A stretch of DNA of 64,000 bases from Tricharina praecox (lineage: Eukaryota): contig NW_026250424.1 of assembly GCF_024521635.1 (NCBI RefSeq), positions 310,001 to 374,000 on the forward strand. Reading direction: 5' to 3'. The position numbers and the translations under genes are program-made. Positions 52,950-64,000 of the stretch are shown here, piece after piece. Below the pieces are notes generated by a model. The model had not been told where the DNA came from. It made no database searches and saw only the letters and a program-made list of their open reading frames with translations. Each line of letters starts with the position of its first letter. Position 1 is the first letter of the stretch.

Positions 52950-54938
52950 GTGAATACGGATTTACCTTACCATACGATGCATTGTACAATAATTTATGAA
53001 GTCTGGTGGGATTGTGGAGCATATGTACGGCTTGCATACGGCTTGCTTTGATGTATCTATGATGAAGCCTTGAGCTGTGATTTGACCTATTGGGCTAGTT
53101 CGGTTGCCCGGTGATGGGTGATGGGTGAGCGTTCAACATACCAGCCCAAGTTGACAATTTGAGAAACTGCATATTGTCGAGTGAGCCAAAATACTCCAAT
53201 ACTTAGTATGCACAAATAAACTCTACGGACAATCACCAGTATACCTAGTATGTACCTACCCGCGTATACCTATAGCCCCGAAGTCGGAAACAAGTGTGCC
53301 GTGCTGTCTGTTCGTGCTGTTGAACATCTGGGCTGCCGAGGGTCATCAGGGGGAGATGAGAGATGAGAGATGAGAGTTTGCAGCTGCAGCTGCAGCACGG
53401 GTAACCTTCAGGCTTCAGCTCGTCGGGTTCCCATTGCAACTGAAACAGGTAGTATAGGTACCTACCTAGTAGTGAAGACTGTGCAGTGTGAAGTGTAATG
53501 ACCTGCTAAGGGCCTAAGGGGGGCAGTGCACGTATGAACCGGTCAAGCTCCAAGGTTCAATGAGGATCTCCAAAGCCGGACTCCAATGGAACTCGGAAGT
53601 TGGAACAACATCGCGCATCGCGCATTGCGCATCACTCGCATGCTGCTACAACACCTACCTATAGTAGGTAAATTGATTTTCTCTCTCACTCCCGACCCAA
53701 CCCGACAACTCTCTGCCAAAGTAGCATCCACTCGATGATGGCACGCATAGAACACCTAAGCACATGCATGCATATCATCAATCTTAACAACAGCGACTTG
53801 GAAACGTCGCGAGGCCGAACGCTTGAATGAATGAGCATTGAGCACCGTACCTGCAGCAACCAGTACCACTGCAACTACTCTACTGCAACCACTGCAACTA
53901 CCTACCTACTGCAGCAGCAGCAAGCCAAAGCCAAAGCCAAAGCAGGAATAGGTACTACTGGTAATGCCAGTAATCATCGTCACCCCTACTACATACTCAG
54001 CACAACGGCGCCAGCTCAAATGGGTTGAAGGTCTGAGTGGCGATATACCTACCTACCTATCTCGAGCGTCACGGGTTGGAATGCTACAATGGGGGGAGAA
54101 AGTCACGTCGTGTCACTCGCGTTTTCACCTCCTGGGTGTACTCTACCGTGTTGGAGATATCACTCGGTTCGTTCGTTCGATGGGACATCAGTCAATATTT
54201 CCAACTCCCAACAGCATCGGGCCGGGGTGGTAGAGCTTTCTCTAGACCCCGCGGAGCTGGCAGGAAAGGTTGGAAGTTGGTGGTTGCCATAGTCTAGTAA
54301 GGCTGCATGCGACAATAAATTGATGTTCTCTCTCTCTCTCTCTCCAACTCCCAACATCTATCTGCTGGGAACTTGGAAGACCTACTACCTACCTACCACT
54401 CACGACCATATGTGACGATATTAGGAAGCAGTCAGTTGGTCAGTCAGTCAGCAAGTATCGGTGTCAGCAGCAAAAGCGATAACACTTGACACCATCATAC
54501 GAAGGACTTTACAAGTTACAGTTCTTGTTCTAGTTCTTGTTCCTGCCAGTAGGTACGATGAGTGAGTGGGCGAATCGACAAGAGCCATTGGAGAAAACCG
54601 GCATGTATGTAGGTGCTCTAAGTACACGAGTGCAGCTGTATGACGGGATGGAATCGCAACCGCAGCAATGATGCGAAAAATAATGCGAAAAGCTGGGCGC
54701 CAGTTATACGGGTGTCAGCCACACACTGTAGTAACTCTCGGTCGGCAACAACCATCAGACTCCAGATTTTCAGTTTGAACCTTGTTCCGCTTGATACATC
54801 TATTGCAATCAAAGACGGCTCTTTGTCCAGTTTTTTTTATCGCGACGGCGATTATCATTTAGCTGAGGATTTGGTGTGATGTTGTGGCTTGCGATGTGGC
54901 TTGCGATGTGGCTCGTTAGAAAAGCAAGTTATCGTCGA

Positions 54939-54948
54939 GACTCGAACC
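54939..54948 (-). promoter_or_regulatory. Pol III B box downstream of U6
   Basis: GGTTCGAGTC matches the GGTTCGANYC consensus, in U6 orientation, ~10 bp past the T-run. Internal A box TGGTCAATTTG at 55038-55048. Confidence 0.8.
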
Positions 54949-54961
54949 CACGCCCAATAAA

Positions 54962-55063
54962 AAAAACTTTGTAGCTCTTCTTTGTAAAGCGTGTCATCCT
55001 TAGTGCAGGGGCCATGCTAATCTTCTCTGTATCGTTTCAAATTGACCATGTGTCCCGAAGGAC
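54962..55063 (-). ncRNA. U6: U6 spliceosomal snRNA
   Basis: Minus strand GTCCTTCGGGACACATGGTCAATTTGAAACGATACAGAGAAGATTAGCATGGCCCCTGCACTAAGGATGACACGC...TTTTTTTT: 5' UUCG stem-loop, ACAGAGA box, AGC triad, ISL and Pol III T-run. Confidence 0.99.
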
Positions 55064-57516
55064 GAATGTATACGCTTGTGGTTGGCTATAACATACAATT
55101 TTCGGAGAGACATTTGGCGCTAACAACACTGCTGCATATATGCGGTGCCTTCAACCACCTCACCTATGATATGCCGCCATCCCACCCACATCACCTACAT
55201 ACAGAGAATATTTGCTTGAACCTTGACGCGCTTTACACAGAAGAGCGATAAAAATAAATAATCTCCAAAGCGGGCCGATGTAGTCACCATAGAAGTCAGT
55301 GAATCTAGGAGTCTCGAACACCGCAGTGAGTAACTACCCATTGTCTCGAGCCTTGATGTGTTAAACCGCCCACACGACAACAGCCATATCCTCTCACAAC
55401 AACTGATCACACACCACACAAAGAGCTACATACTCACGATGATTGACACTCTACGCGAAATGCTTTCTTTGCGCCCCTGTGCAGTGCGGATGTCCAGTTC
55501 ACCGCCGCCGCCGCTGCCGATAGTTAGCAGTCGGGTTCGGGCCCGGAGTTCCCAATTTTCGCTAAGATCCGAGAGACAGATACCCAGCTTCCACGGACTC
55601 ACAGAGCTGGTCCCGTGGCGTTCATGCTTCGTGCCCCCTCGCCTGTTTGGCTACGATGGTAACTTTAAGCCCAGGGCCAAGACGTTTTCCAGTACTGTGG
55701 TCTGGACTCTGGATTCGCTGCCTAGATCGATGCCCTGCCGACGGGGTATCTATATCTCCATATGCCACCGAGACCGTTCGCAAGAGGATTCCACGGTTCC
55801 TAGGATGAGAGGCGGGTAGGTACAGCTAGTGCTCAGGCCGTTCTTTACGCGCGAGCTTCGACTACGGTATCGCCTTCAGTCTGCTCGTAGGTCGAGGTCT
55901 GGAGAGGCTATTTGTTCTGCCGGTGGAGACGCCGGCGAATGTCCGCTGGTACCGCTAGTTACCGCAAGGACGTCGAGGTCAAAGTGGAGTACGGTGTGTA
56001 TCGAGGCGGATCGTTCTTGACATCGCATACGGTAGATACTTTTAGTCCAGGTATAAAAAAACGCCGGATTGGTGGCGAGACGACCCACAAGTTCCACAAC
56101 CAACTCCGCCGTGACACGAAACTCGCTTCGACGAGAAGTAACGATCTATGCTAGGTAGCTCCGGGCTGCTAGAATAGCGAATGAGGGTAGTAGATCAGGT
56201 ACACACATACACACACCGGGTACATATTCTACATTGTACCCCGAAATCCGGCTCGCAGTGGATATGCACACATGCGGCAAAGCAGATAAACAGGTTGGAT
56301 TGAGTTTAGCGCGCATCGGAACCGCGAGGCGGAAAGAGGGACCCGTAGCTCGCAAATCGTACCGCAGTTATGAACCATACCACGTTGTGCAAGGGTGGCA
56401 TCGGACTCGGCGGACTGCAGCGTTGGTTGTGTGAGCTGACCTTTGCTGATGAACTTTTATGACCCACGTACGGTAGGTACGTCACGTGACGGCAGTGGAG
56501 TTCGACTCGCGCATGGTAGAGTACAGTCGCCGGTGGAGCGCGGGAGGCATGTACATACCGGTACCAGGTACGGTAGGTGCTCTACATAGAGTACGAATGC
56601 CTGCCGTGTCGGCTTCGGGCCAAGGAGACTCCGGTTGCTTGAGCTACCTAGTAGCTACCGGCAATCCACGGCTGTCCCTTGTGGCTACGATGATCCCCGC
56701 CATGATGCCGAGTAGATGGGAGGTCTTCTCACTGGCAACGCTTGGCCAGAAAAATAAGCCTTAGAAATCCTCTGGCTCTGGATGATTTTCCGCACGCAGT
56801 TACTCAGACATCGGCATCCACATATCTCTCGGACAAGAAAAGGCGTGACCTGCAACCTGAGACCTCTGCACGTAGGTACCGGAATCCCCTTGTCTTGCGT
56901 TTAATAAATTGACTCGGCTCGGTAGAGTATGTAGACTCACGTCCTCCAGTCATACGGTACTATATCCAATGACTGAGTCTCCATTTGGTTAGATAGTAGG
57001 TTGTGTTTTAGAGTGATGACTGGGACTCCACTACGGAGGTGGATACGATTACTATACCTACGCGACGGCACGACGGGAGAGAGCGAGTCATACATAACCG
57101 AACTCCCTTCCTCGCCGAGCTGAGGGCGAATCCGCGAATCCGAGAACCCGGATAGAATACCGCAGCCGGGACCCGGGGTATGTGTGAGTCGTCTGTATAA
57201 CACAAAATCGGAGTTCCGAGCTGCTTGGTCTCGGAGCTCCGAGCACACACTTCCGCCGGTTGGTAGCTAGGTATATCGCTGTATGTACGGTACTGTACTC
57301 GGGTGTTGCTTTTCCAACCAGGGCCTCGAGAGAATTATAAAGACGACATAGATATCCTCGCTATTGAGGAATTTGAAGCTCATCAAGCTCGAGCTCGTCC
57401 AATCCAGCTTCATTACCTTCGGCTTCTCCAGACATCCGACTATCCAGCTCATTACCTCCCATACCATACCATACAGCACTCTGCAAGCCACACAGAGCCA
57501 CCAGACTTTCCTCGAA

Positions 57517-58613
57517 ATGACCGAAATCAAGAACGTAACCGTGGTCGGCGTAAGTTCACTCCCAACCATCAGTCTAGTTAGCTCCCTTACTGTGCCAAAT
57601 TTCGTACTGACGGTTCCCAGGGCACTGGCAATCTCGGCCGGAAAATAGTTAGCACCCTCCTCGCCGCAAACCTCAACGTCACGATCCTCTCCCGCGCCAC
57701 CACCACCCCACCAGCAGAACTCTCTCCAGATATCAAATTCCTCACGGCGGACTTCACCTCCATCTCCTCGCTTGCCGCCGCCCTCAAGCAAGCATCCACC
57801 GACGCCGTCGTCAGCGCCGTCGGGATAGCCGGGGTACCCGGGCAGACGCTTCTGATCGAGGCGGCCCTAGCGGCCGGCGTGGCCCGTTTCGTGCCGAGCG
57901 AGTTCGCGAATGCGCCTGTGACGATGCGCCGAGCGGGGGCGGGAGAAGGGCTGGCGGAGCTCGCGTATGCGCGGGAACCGAAGAGCGCGATAATGGAGTA
58001 TCTGATCCGGCGATGCGACGAGAGCGGCGGCGCCATGAGCTGGAGCGCGGTGGCCACAGGGAACTTCTTCGACTATGCGCTCAGGAAGTTTCCCAACGGC
58101 ATGGGCTTCAACGTCAAGGAGAGGACCGCGGTGCTGATCGACTCCGGCGCGGAACCGTTCACCGGCACGACGCTGGCTGGAATCGCGGACTCCGTCCTCG
58201 GCATCCTGCTCCACCCGCAGGAGACCTGCAATAAGTACTTGAGGGTAAGGTCGGTCGAGACTACGCAGGCGGAAATCTTGAGGGCGTTTGAGGATGTGAC
58301 GGGGGTGAAATGGAAGGTCGAGCACCAAAACGGGCAGGAGCTGCTGGATAGGGCGAGAGGAAAGCTGGAAAGGGGAGAGGGGGCCACATTGGATTTGGTC
58401 AGGGTGCAGTTGTTTATGGAGGGTGCGGGGAGGAGTGTGTTGGTGAGGAGAGGGGAGGGTGACAACGAGTTGCTCGGGGTGAAGGAAGAGGATGTGACGG
58501 AGGTGGTGAGGGCGGTGGTGGCGGATGTTGAGTTGCTCAGGGTGAAGGAAGAGGATGTGATGGAGGCGATGAGGGCGGTGGTGGCGGATGCTGAGGCTGC
58601 CCAGGCCGATTAG
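57517..58613 (+). CDS. NmrA-like / isoflavone-reductase-family NAD(P)-binding protein
   Basis: KNVTVVG|GTGNLGRKIV Rossmann motif across intron 57550-57620; DAVVSAVG, LIEAALAAGVARFVPSEF, TGNFFD. Confidence 0.9.
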
Positions 58614-60170
58614 GCGACTTGGAAGCATGAGAGACGTTCCGGTGCTATTGCTTGTGCTCGGTAAACGAATGGAGCGTGGGAGGAAGGTTCTGCAAGTCTT
58701 GTGTACGTAATTCATCGCAAAAGATCACCCACCCGCTGCTTATAGTCCGCACGAGGTGTATATGTAGATCTACAGATGGAGAAAACAAGGGAGGGATTTG
58801 CGGGAGGTTGCTCCGTGAGCTGTAAAGAATAGAGATTTGAGCTTAGTAGAGTTCCTGCCATGTCCTTAGAGACCGCGGATAGCGATGCTCCATGTCCACC
58901 ATTCAATCATTTGGCCTCCTGAGAGGATGAATATATCTAAATCTTCAGGTGTCTACAATAAAACTTTTCGATAGGAGCCATTTATTTACAAAAGCAAGCG
59001 GTGTTGATTTGTTCTCTGGCGATGACACTGATTAACTTTTCAAATTGCCATTGTAACTCCTCGCAGCTTGCCTGCAGAATAACTCGTTTAAATCATCCAC
59101 TATCAATCGAGTTGCACGACAGAATCGATTGTTTCGCGTTAAACCATCCCCGCCGAGTCGGACCGCGTACCTATCCCACATCCCCCAACGGCAGTGCCAA
59201 CGATGGCAGCAACATTGGCAGCTCTTTCGAGAGAGTCCGGTGAACTGCACCCTCCGGCGTGAGGAAGTGAGTATAGCCGCACAAGGTACAGGATAGACTA
59301 CCGATATCCCGCCGTAGGGGGCGGTTTGACACTCTCCTCCGCTGGGAGCTGTGGGTCCGCACGAAGAGAGTTTTACTGGTAGGGGGATCTGGTCCGCTTC
59401 TTCGCCAGTACGGTACTCTCCACTCGGCCCGTGCTTCATGTGGAATTTAAGGCGAGTCTAGTCGTAGTTGTTTGGCCGTTGAAGTGCACGCGATGCATAG
59501 CCGCACTCGGTGTAGCTTTCGAGCGATTATCTGATACGCCGGAGTTTAAAGCCGTTGCTGTGGAAACCCCGCCATGAAGTGCGCCAATCTGCATCATGTC
59601 AAAACCGGTCGTCTCACCACATCTGATCAACAATCATCTTTAGTGTCGCGCTCTGTCGCGCTGCATGGATCCAGCCGGACTGTCGGGTTAGAAATGCAAG
59701 AGCCCGCCGGTCTGATGCTGGCTGGCCGAAACCCGGCCTCGGCCCTGCCCCACCGACCGGGCTCTCGGGATGCCGAATGCATATGTGTCAACAGCGCGAA
59801 CCAGCTCCAAGTGCGCTTTTCGTGAGGATTCAAGAGACCGTGTCTAAATCCGGAAAATTACCGTGTACACCCGGGATAACCGAGTAAGCGGATTGCTTCG
59901 CTTTGTAAAGCACGACATCTCTGTCAGCGGCCAGTTCGGCCCTGATCCCTCGAAAACACTTCAGACGGCTTGTCCCGTGCGGCAACCCTAGTACAGTGCA
60001 CATGCTGCCCAGCTCAGCTCTCTCCCGACCACGGATAATATCGACATCGACGCCGACGACGACTATCACCGTACCGCTGCCTCCCCCCTACGCTCCTCGC
60101 TCCAACACACCCGCGGACAGGCGCCGAGAATTCCACTTCCTCCGCAGCTTCGGCTGGCCCCGCAATCATC

Positions 60171-62100
60171 ATGAACTGTCCGACACGAGATACGAATCCC
60201 TATGATTTGGAAGGTAGTTTGGCGTGCTCACCACCCCTTTTGCGAAAAAGAACGCCGTTGACGAACCCAACAACAAACATGAAGGCCACAATCAAAACCC
60301 ACCTCTCTTCCCACCGGAGCTCACTACGCGGTCGTCTCTCGTATGTTTATTCCGAATCCTTGCGCTTCGCACGAACGCGCGCACGCATGGCATCTGTTTC
60401 CGACGAGCCAATGCTGCACTGCGCAGGGCTGAGATTCCTGCTTGTGAATAGGTTTGCGGCGGAAAGACAGATGGCGTGTACAACCTACCGTTACACGTTC
60501 TTGCTCTGTTCATTATACTGGCAGTGTCGGTATTAGGCATGTACTCTCAGTCTGGCGGTGGGAGTGGTGGTGGATGTGGCGGTGGTTGTAGAGGGTACTG
60601 ACTGCCGACAGCCTGTTCGTTCCCGTTAGTCGTCAAGAAAGCACCGCAGCTCAGGGTCCCGCATTACTTCCTGTGAGCGCGCATACTCTCCCCAGTCCGC
60701 ATATGCCGTTACTGACAGCTTCCAGGTTCCTCTCGAGACAGTAATTAGCCTCTTCCTCCGCCCCGACCCGAACGAAACCTCCGCTACCCAACTAGAGAGA
60801 TCGTCCTGTTGACGTAAAGATAGCTTCGGTACCGGTGTTCTGATTGCTACCGCCTTCGTGCACGTGCGCTACCCTCCCCTGGTCTCTCGTCTCGTGCGAT
60901 TCTGACACCACTACAGCTCCTACCAACCGCGTTCACATCCCTCACGGATCCATGTCTCCCCAAGTTCTGGAACGAAGGCTACCCCGCGATGGCCGGCCTC
61001 ATCGCCATGGCCTCGGTCTTCGTCGTCGTATCGATCGAGATGTTCTTCTCCACCATGAACGGCGGCGCTATGGGTGGCTGTCACGGCGGCCCCAGTGCCG
61101 GTTACGAAGTCCTCACTCCCACCACAGCGTCCTTCGGCCACAGACGCGGCGCCAGCAGCGCCAGTGCGGCAAGCTTCACGAACGGAGGAAGAAACCCGCC
61201 CAGTGAGGCCATTCGACCGGTACGCCGAACCCGCAGGAGCAACAGCATAGGAAGCCAGTTGCAGAGGATCGAGCTCAGCGCGGATGTCTTGCAATACGAC
61301 GAGGCCTGCTCTGATGGGGAGGATTCGCCTGATCCCGAGGCGCATCACAAGAGCGACTATGAAGACGACGATGCCGACTCGGATGACGCTAACGAGGTCA
61401 CGGAGTTGAGGTCTCTGAATTCGAATGGCCAGAAGATGTCAACGAGTGCGGGTCATACGAGGAGGCCTGGCGGTGGAAGGCTGACGGAGGAGCAGCAACA
61501 AAAGAAGAACCTGTTGCAGGTTATGCTGTTAGAGGCGGGGATTTTGTTCCATAGTGTTTTTATTGGTATATCCAATCTCGATAATGCCGCCTTCTCCTTG
61601 CCGCGACTAACTTCCTCCTAGGAATGGCATTATCGGTTGCTACCGGATCGAATTTTATAGTCCTCTTGATTGCGATCACCTTTCACCGTACGTACGCCTT
61701 GTCCGCACTCCCTCCATTCCAGGACTGACTCCCAGTAGAAACATTCGAAGGCCTGGCACTGGGCTCACGCATCGCCGGTATCACCGCCTTCGCCAAGGAC
61801 TCTCCCAAGCCGTGGCTCATGTGTCTCGCCTACGGCACCACGACGCCAATCGGTCAGGCCATCGGCCTACTGACCAGAAACCTCTACGACCCAGCAAGCC
61901 AGACCGGTCTACTCATGGTCGGCGTCATGAACGCCATCTCCTCCGGCCTGCTCTTGTTTGCAGGACTGGTGGAGCTTCTGGCAGAGGACTTCTTGAGTGA
62001 CGAGAGCTATGTGATACTTACAGGGAAGCGGAGGCTTCAGGCTTGTGCGGCGGTTGCGGCGGGCGCAGCCGGTATGGCGCTGGTTGGCGCGTGGGCTTGA
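60171..62100 (+). CDS. ZIP-family zinc/iron transporter, ~9 exons
   Basis: Spliced MNCPTR...NQNPPLFPPELTT...YNLPLHVLALFIIL...RHFGTGVLIATAFVHLLPTAF...LEAGILFHSVFIG...FHQTFEGLALG...GLVELLAEDF...GAWA*. Confidence 0.92.
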
Positions 62101-62518
62101 TAAGGCTTTTTTGGGCGGTGGTGGGGGTATATTATTATGTACTAATGGTCCACTATTCGGATCTGGGCTGGATGGCGCTGGATTTTGCTCTTGCTTTGCT
62201 TAAATATATGTTGCGTTTGATTATTGCCTAAACATCAAGGCTTGGTGAATCAGTGCTCGAGTGATCGTCTATGCATGTGTTTTTCGATCTCGAGGCATCT
62301 TCCAAATCCAGAAGGATACAGGTAGTTGAGGATGCAGCGAGCGAGAAGTATGTAGCTTGGAACAGCTCATCCACTTCTCAAGATCTGATTCAAGTTGGGA
62401 CCGTCAATCAATCACATGCCAAGCCCCACCCCACCACGCCGGCGGCCGCACGGACGGCCGTCACCCCACCTTTCCAGCTACCAGCTAACTAGAGCTCCAC
62501 ACCCCGCCAACCACCTCC

Positions 62519-63612
62519 ATGCCCGCGTCCAGCAGTAGCGACGAGGACTTCGCGCGGCGCCTAGCCGCGCTCAAATCCAAGCCGTAACTACACCCGCCAC
62601 CGCCCCGTCCTCGAGCCCTTCCACACGTGCATCTAACCATTCCTTTCCTACAGAACGCCCGACGACACCGCGAGCGCCAGCTCGGATGACGTGCTCTCCG
62701 CGCGCTTCGCGGCACTGTTCTCGCGCGCGCCCGGCTCCACCCTTACTACTCCACCCGCAGTAGCGAAGCCAAAGACGAAGGATACGCCGGGAAACCCCGA
62801 GGACGAGCTCGACTTCTCGGAGCTGGTCGCTGGGGTGCAGCGGGAGAAGGGACGGGCGTGCGACGACGTCGGCGCAAAGGATAGGGCGGAGATCGACGCG
62901 CTGCTGGAGGAGGCGGCGGGGTTTGCGGGAGAGGCGGAGGAGGCGCCGGAGTGGTTGGCTGATGTTGGGGTGGAGGAGGGGGAGGGGGAGGCGGAGGGGG
63001 CAAAAGGGACGGGCAGCGAGTGGGATCTGAAGGATGAAGAGGACGAGATCTTAAAGAAGGTGCGGGAGGAGGTGGAGTGGGAGCGCCGGCATGGGGTGGT
63101 CGATTCCGACGAGGAGGAGGAGGAGGAGGAGGAGGAGGAGGATCACAATGCGCACCTGAAAGAGGAGCGGAAAGAGGGCGATGAGGATGATGATGGTGAG
63201 CTTGCTGCGTTGGCGGCTAGGTTCAAAGCTCTCGGCGGAGGTGGCGCCGGTGGAACGGGTGGTGAAGGCGGTGGGGGAGACCTCGATCTACCAGCGGTCC
63301 CCTCCGTGGCGCCGGGGAGTGCCCTCAGAATCACACCAAAAAAGAAGATGGAACTGCCAGGCATCAGTGAGATCGATACGTGGTGCTGTATTTGCAATGA
63401 GGATGCGGAATATAGGTGCTCGGGATGCGATAATGACATTTATTGCAAGGAGTGTTTGTACGAAGGTACGCAAGGGGGGAGAATAGGGAAGTGTAAGGAG
63501 TGCATGCTAACATTGGGTGATAGCGCATGTGGGTCCGCAAGCTGGGTATGAGGAGAAGAGACACAAGTGGACGAAGTATGTACGGCCAAAGAAGATTATC
63601 AGTGCGCAATAG
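62519..63612 (+). CDS. ANCHR/ZFYVE19-like protein (C-terminal B-box-like zinc-binding domain, no FYVE domain)
   Basis: C-terminal [30 protein letters not shown]...RHKW resembles the ZFYVE19 C-terminus. Introns ~62584-62652 and ~63466-63523. Confidence 0.75.
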
Positions 63613-63814
63613 ATATGAGGAAATACAAACAAACACGAGTGAACGTTGCAAATGGTTTTTTGAACTTGGCTTATTAATATCAACCATCTCCAACAAATTC
63701 CCATGCTTTGACAAATGCTTAATGGCAAGAATAGACATTACTATGTTCAGCAGGCACTTGACCTGGTTAAAGCAAATACTGCAAATATACAACTCCTTCA
63801 ATCTCACTTTGCCC

Positions 63815-64000
63815 CTAGTCTACCCAGGCGCCAGGCACAAAAAGTTCCGAAGTGACAGGTGTCTTGAGGGAGGCAGTATCAGTAGACTCGCCAACATCCT
63901 CCTCGCCAGCTTCTGCCTCGATGGTGGCCTCGGTGGGAGTGCCGACAATCTCGGCAGCCATTCCCTCCACCTGCGTATCCACCATGACCAAGGTCGCGGT
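63815..64000 (-). CDS. C-terminal fragment of an unknown acidic protein running off the right edge
   Basis: 62 open codons TATLVMVDTQVEGMAAEIVG...ELFVPGAWVD* followed by AT-rich 3'UTR-like sequence. Confidence 0.6.
   Translation of the reverse strand, partial: TATLVMVDTQVEGMAAEIVGTPTEATIEAEAGEEDVGESTDTASLKTPVTSELFVPGAWVD

Noticed and set aside
8447..55063. BRR2, an SRRM1-like gene and U6 in one window as a 'splicing cluster'
   Set aside because: They are separated by tens of kb of unrelated genes, so chance is sufficient.
55800..56160. Protein-like short ORF (..YRKDVEVKVEYGVYRGG..) as a pseudogene; similar cases at 26415-26970 and 31328-31615
   Set aside because: No recognisable family, start context or consistent exon structure.
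59282..59287. CAAGGT as a zinc-responsive element upstream of the ZIP gene
   Set aside because: A single hexamer ~900 bp upstream is expected by chance.

Overview
Gene-dense, intron-containing DNA from a filamentous ascomycete fungus (short GT-AG introns with CTRAC branch sites; a Pezizomycete origin is my impression only). It carries 20 mostly housekeeping protein genes: a partial SDR-like gene, taspase-like protease, She4/UCS chaperone, TFB4, UMP1, BRR2, TFIIS, a GBF/Gea Arf-GEF, GDP-mannose pyrophosphorylase, a uridine-kinase-like protein, a TPT-family transporter, a PhoD-like protein, KEX2, thioredoxin reductase, a PWI/SRRM1-like protein, an NmrA-like reductase, a ZIP transporter, an ANCHR-like protein and a partial unknown gene. 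There is also a U6 snRNA gene and a ~1.1-kb non-autonomous hAT-like element. The most notable unannotated signals are: (1) an in-frame ACG-initiated, presequence-like N-terminal extension of thioredoxin reductase; (2) a FYVE-less ANCHR-like protein with several Vps4-binding MIM-like motifs; (3) a bidirectional promoter at ~28.1-28.3 kb that appears to drive spliced small or non-coding transcripts; (4) a probable pseudo-kinase; (5) a GC-AG intron. I see no novel multi-gene system with confidence. Exon boundaries were read by eye and family assignments come from motif recall, not database searches.
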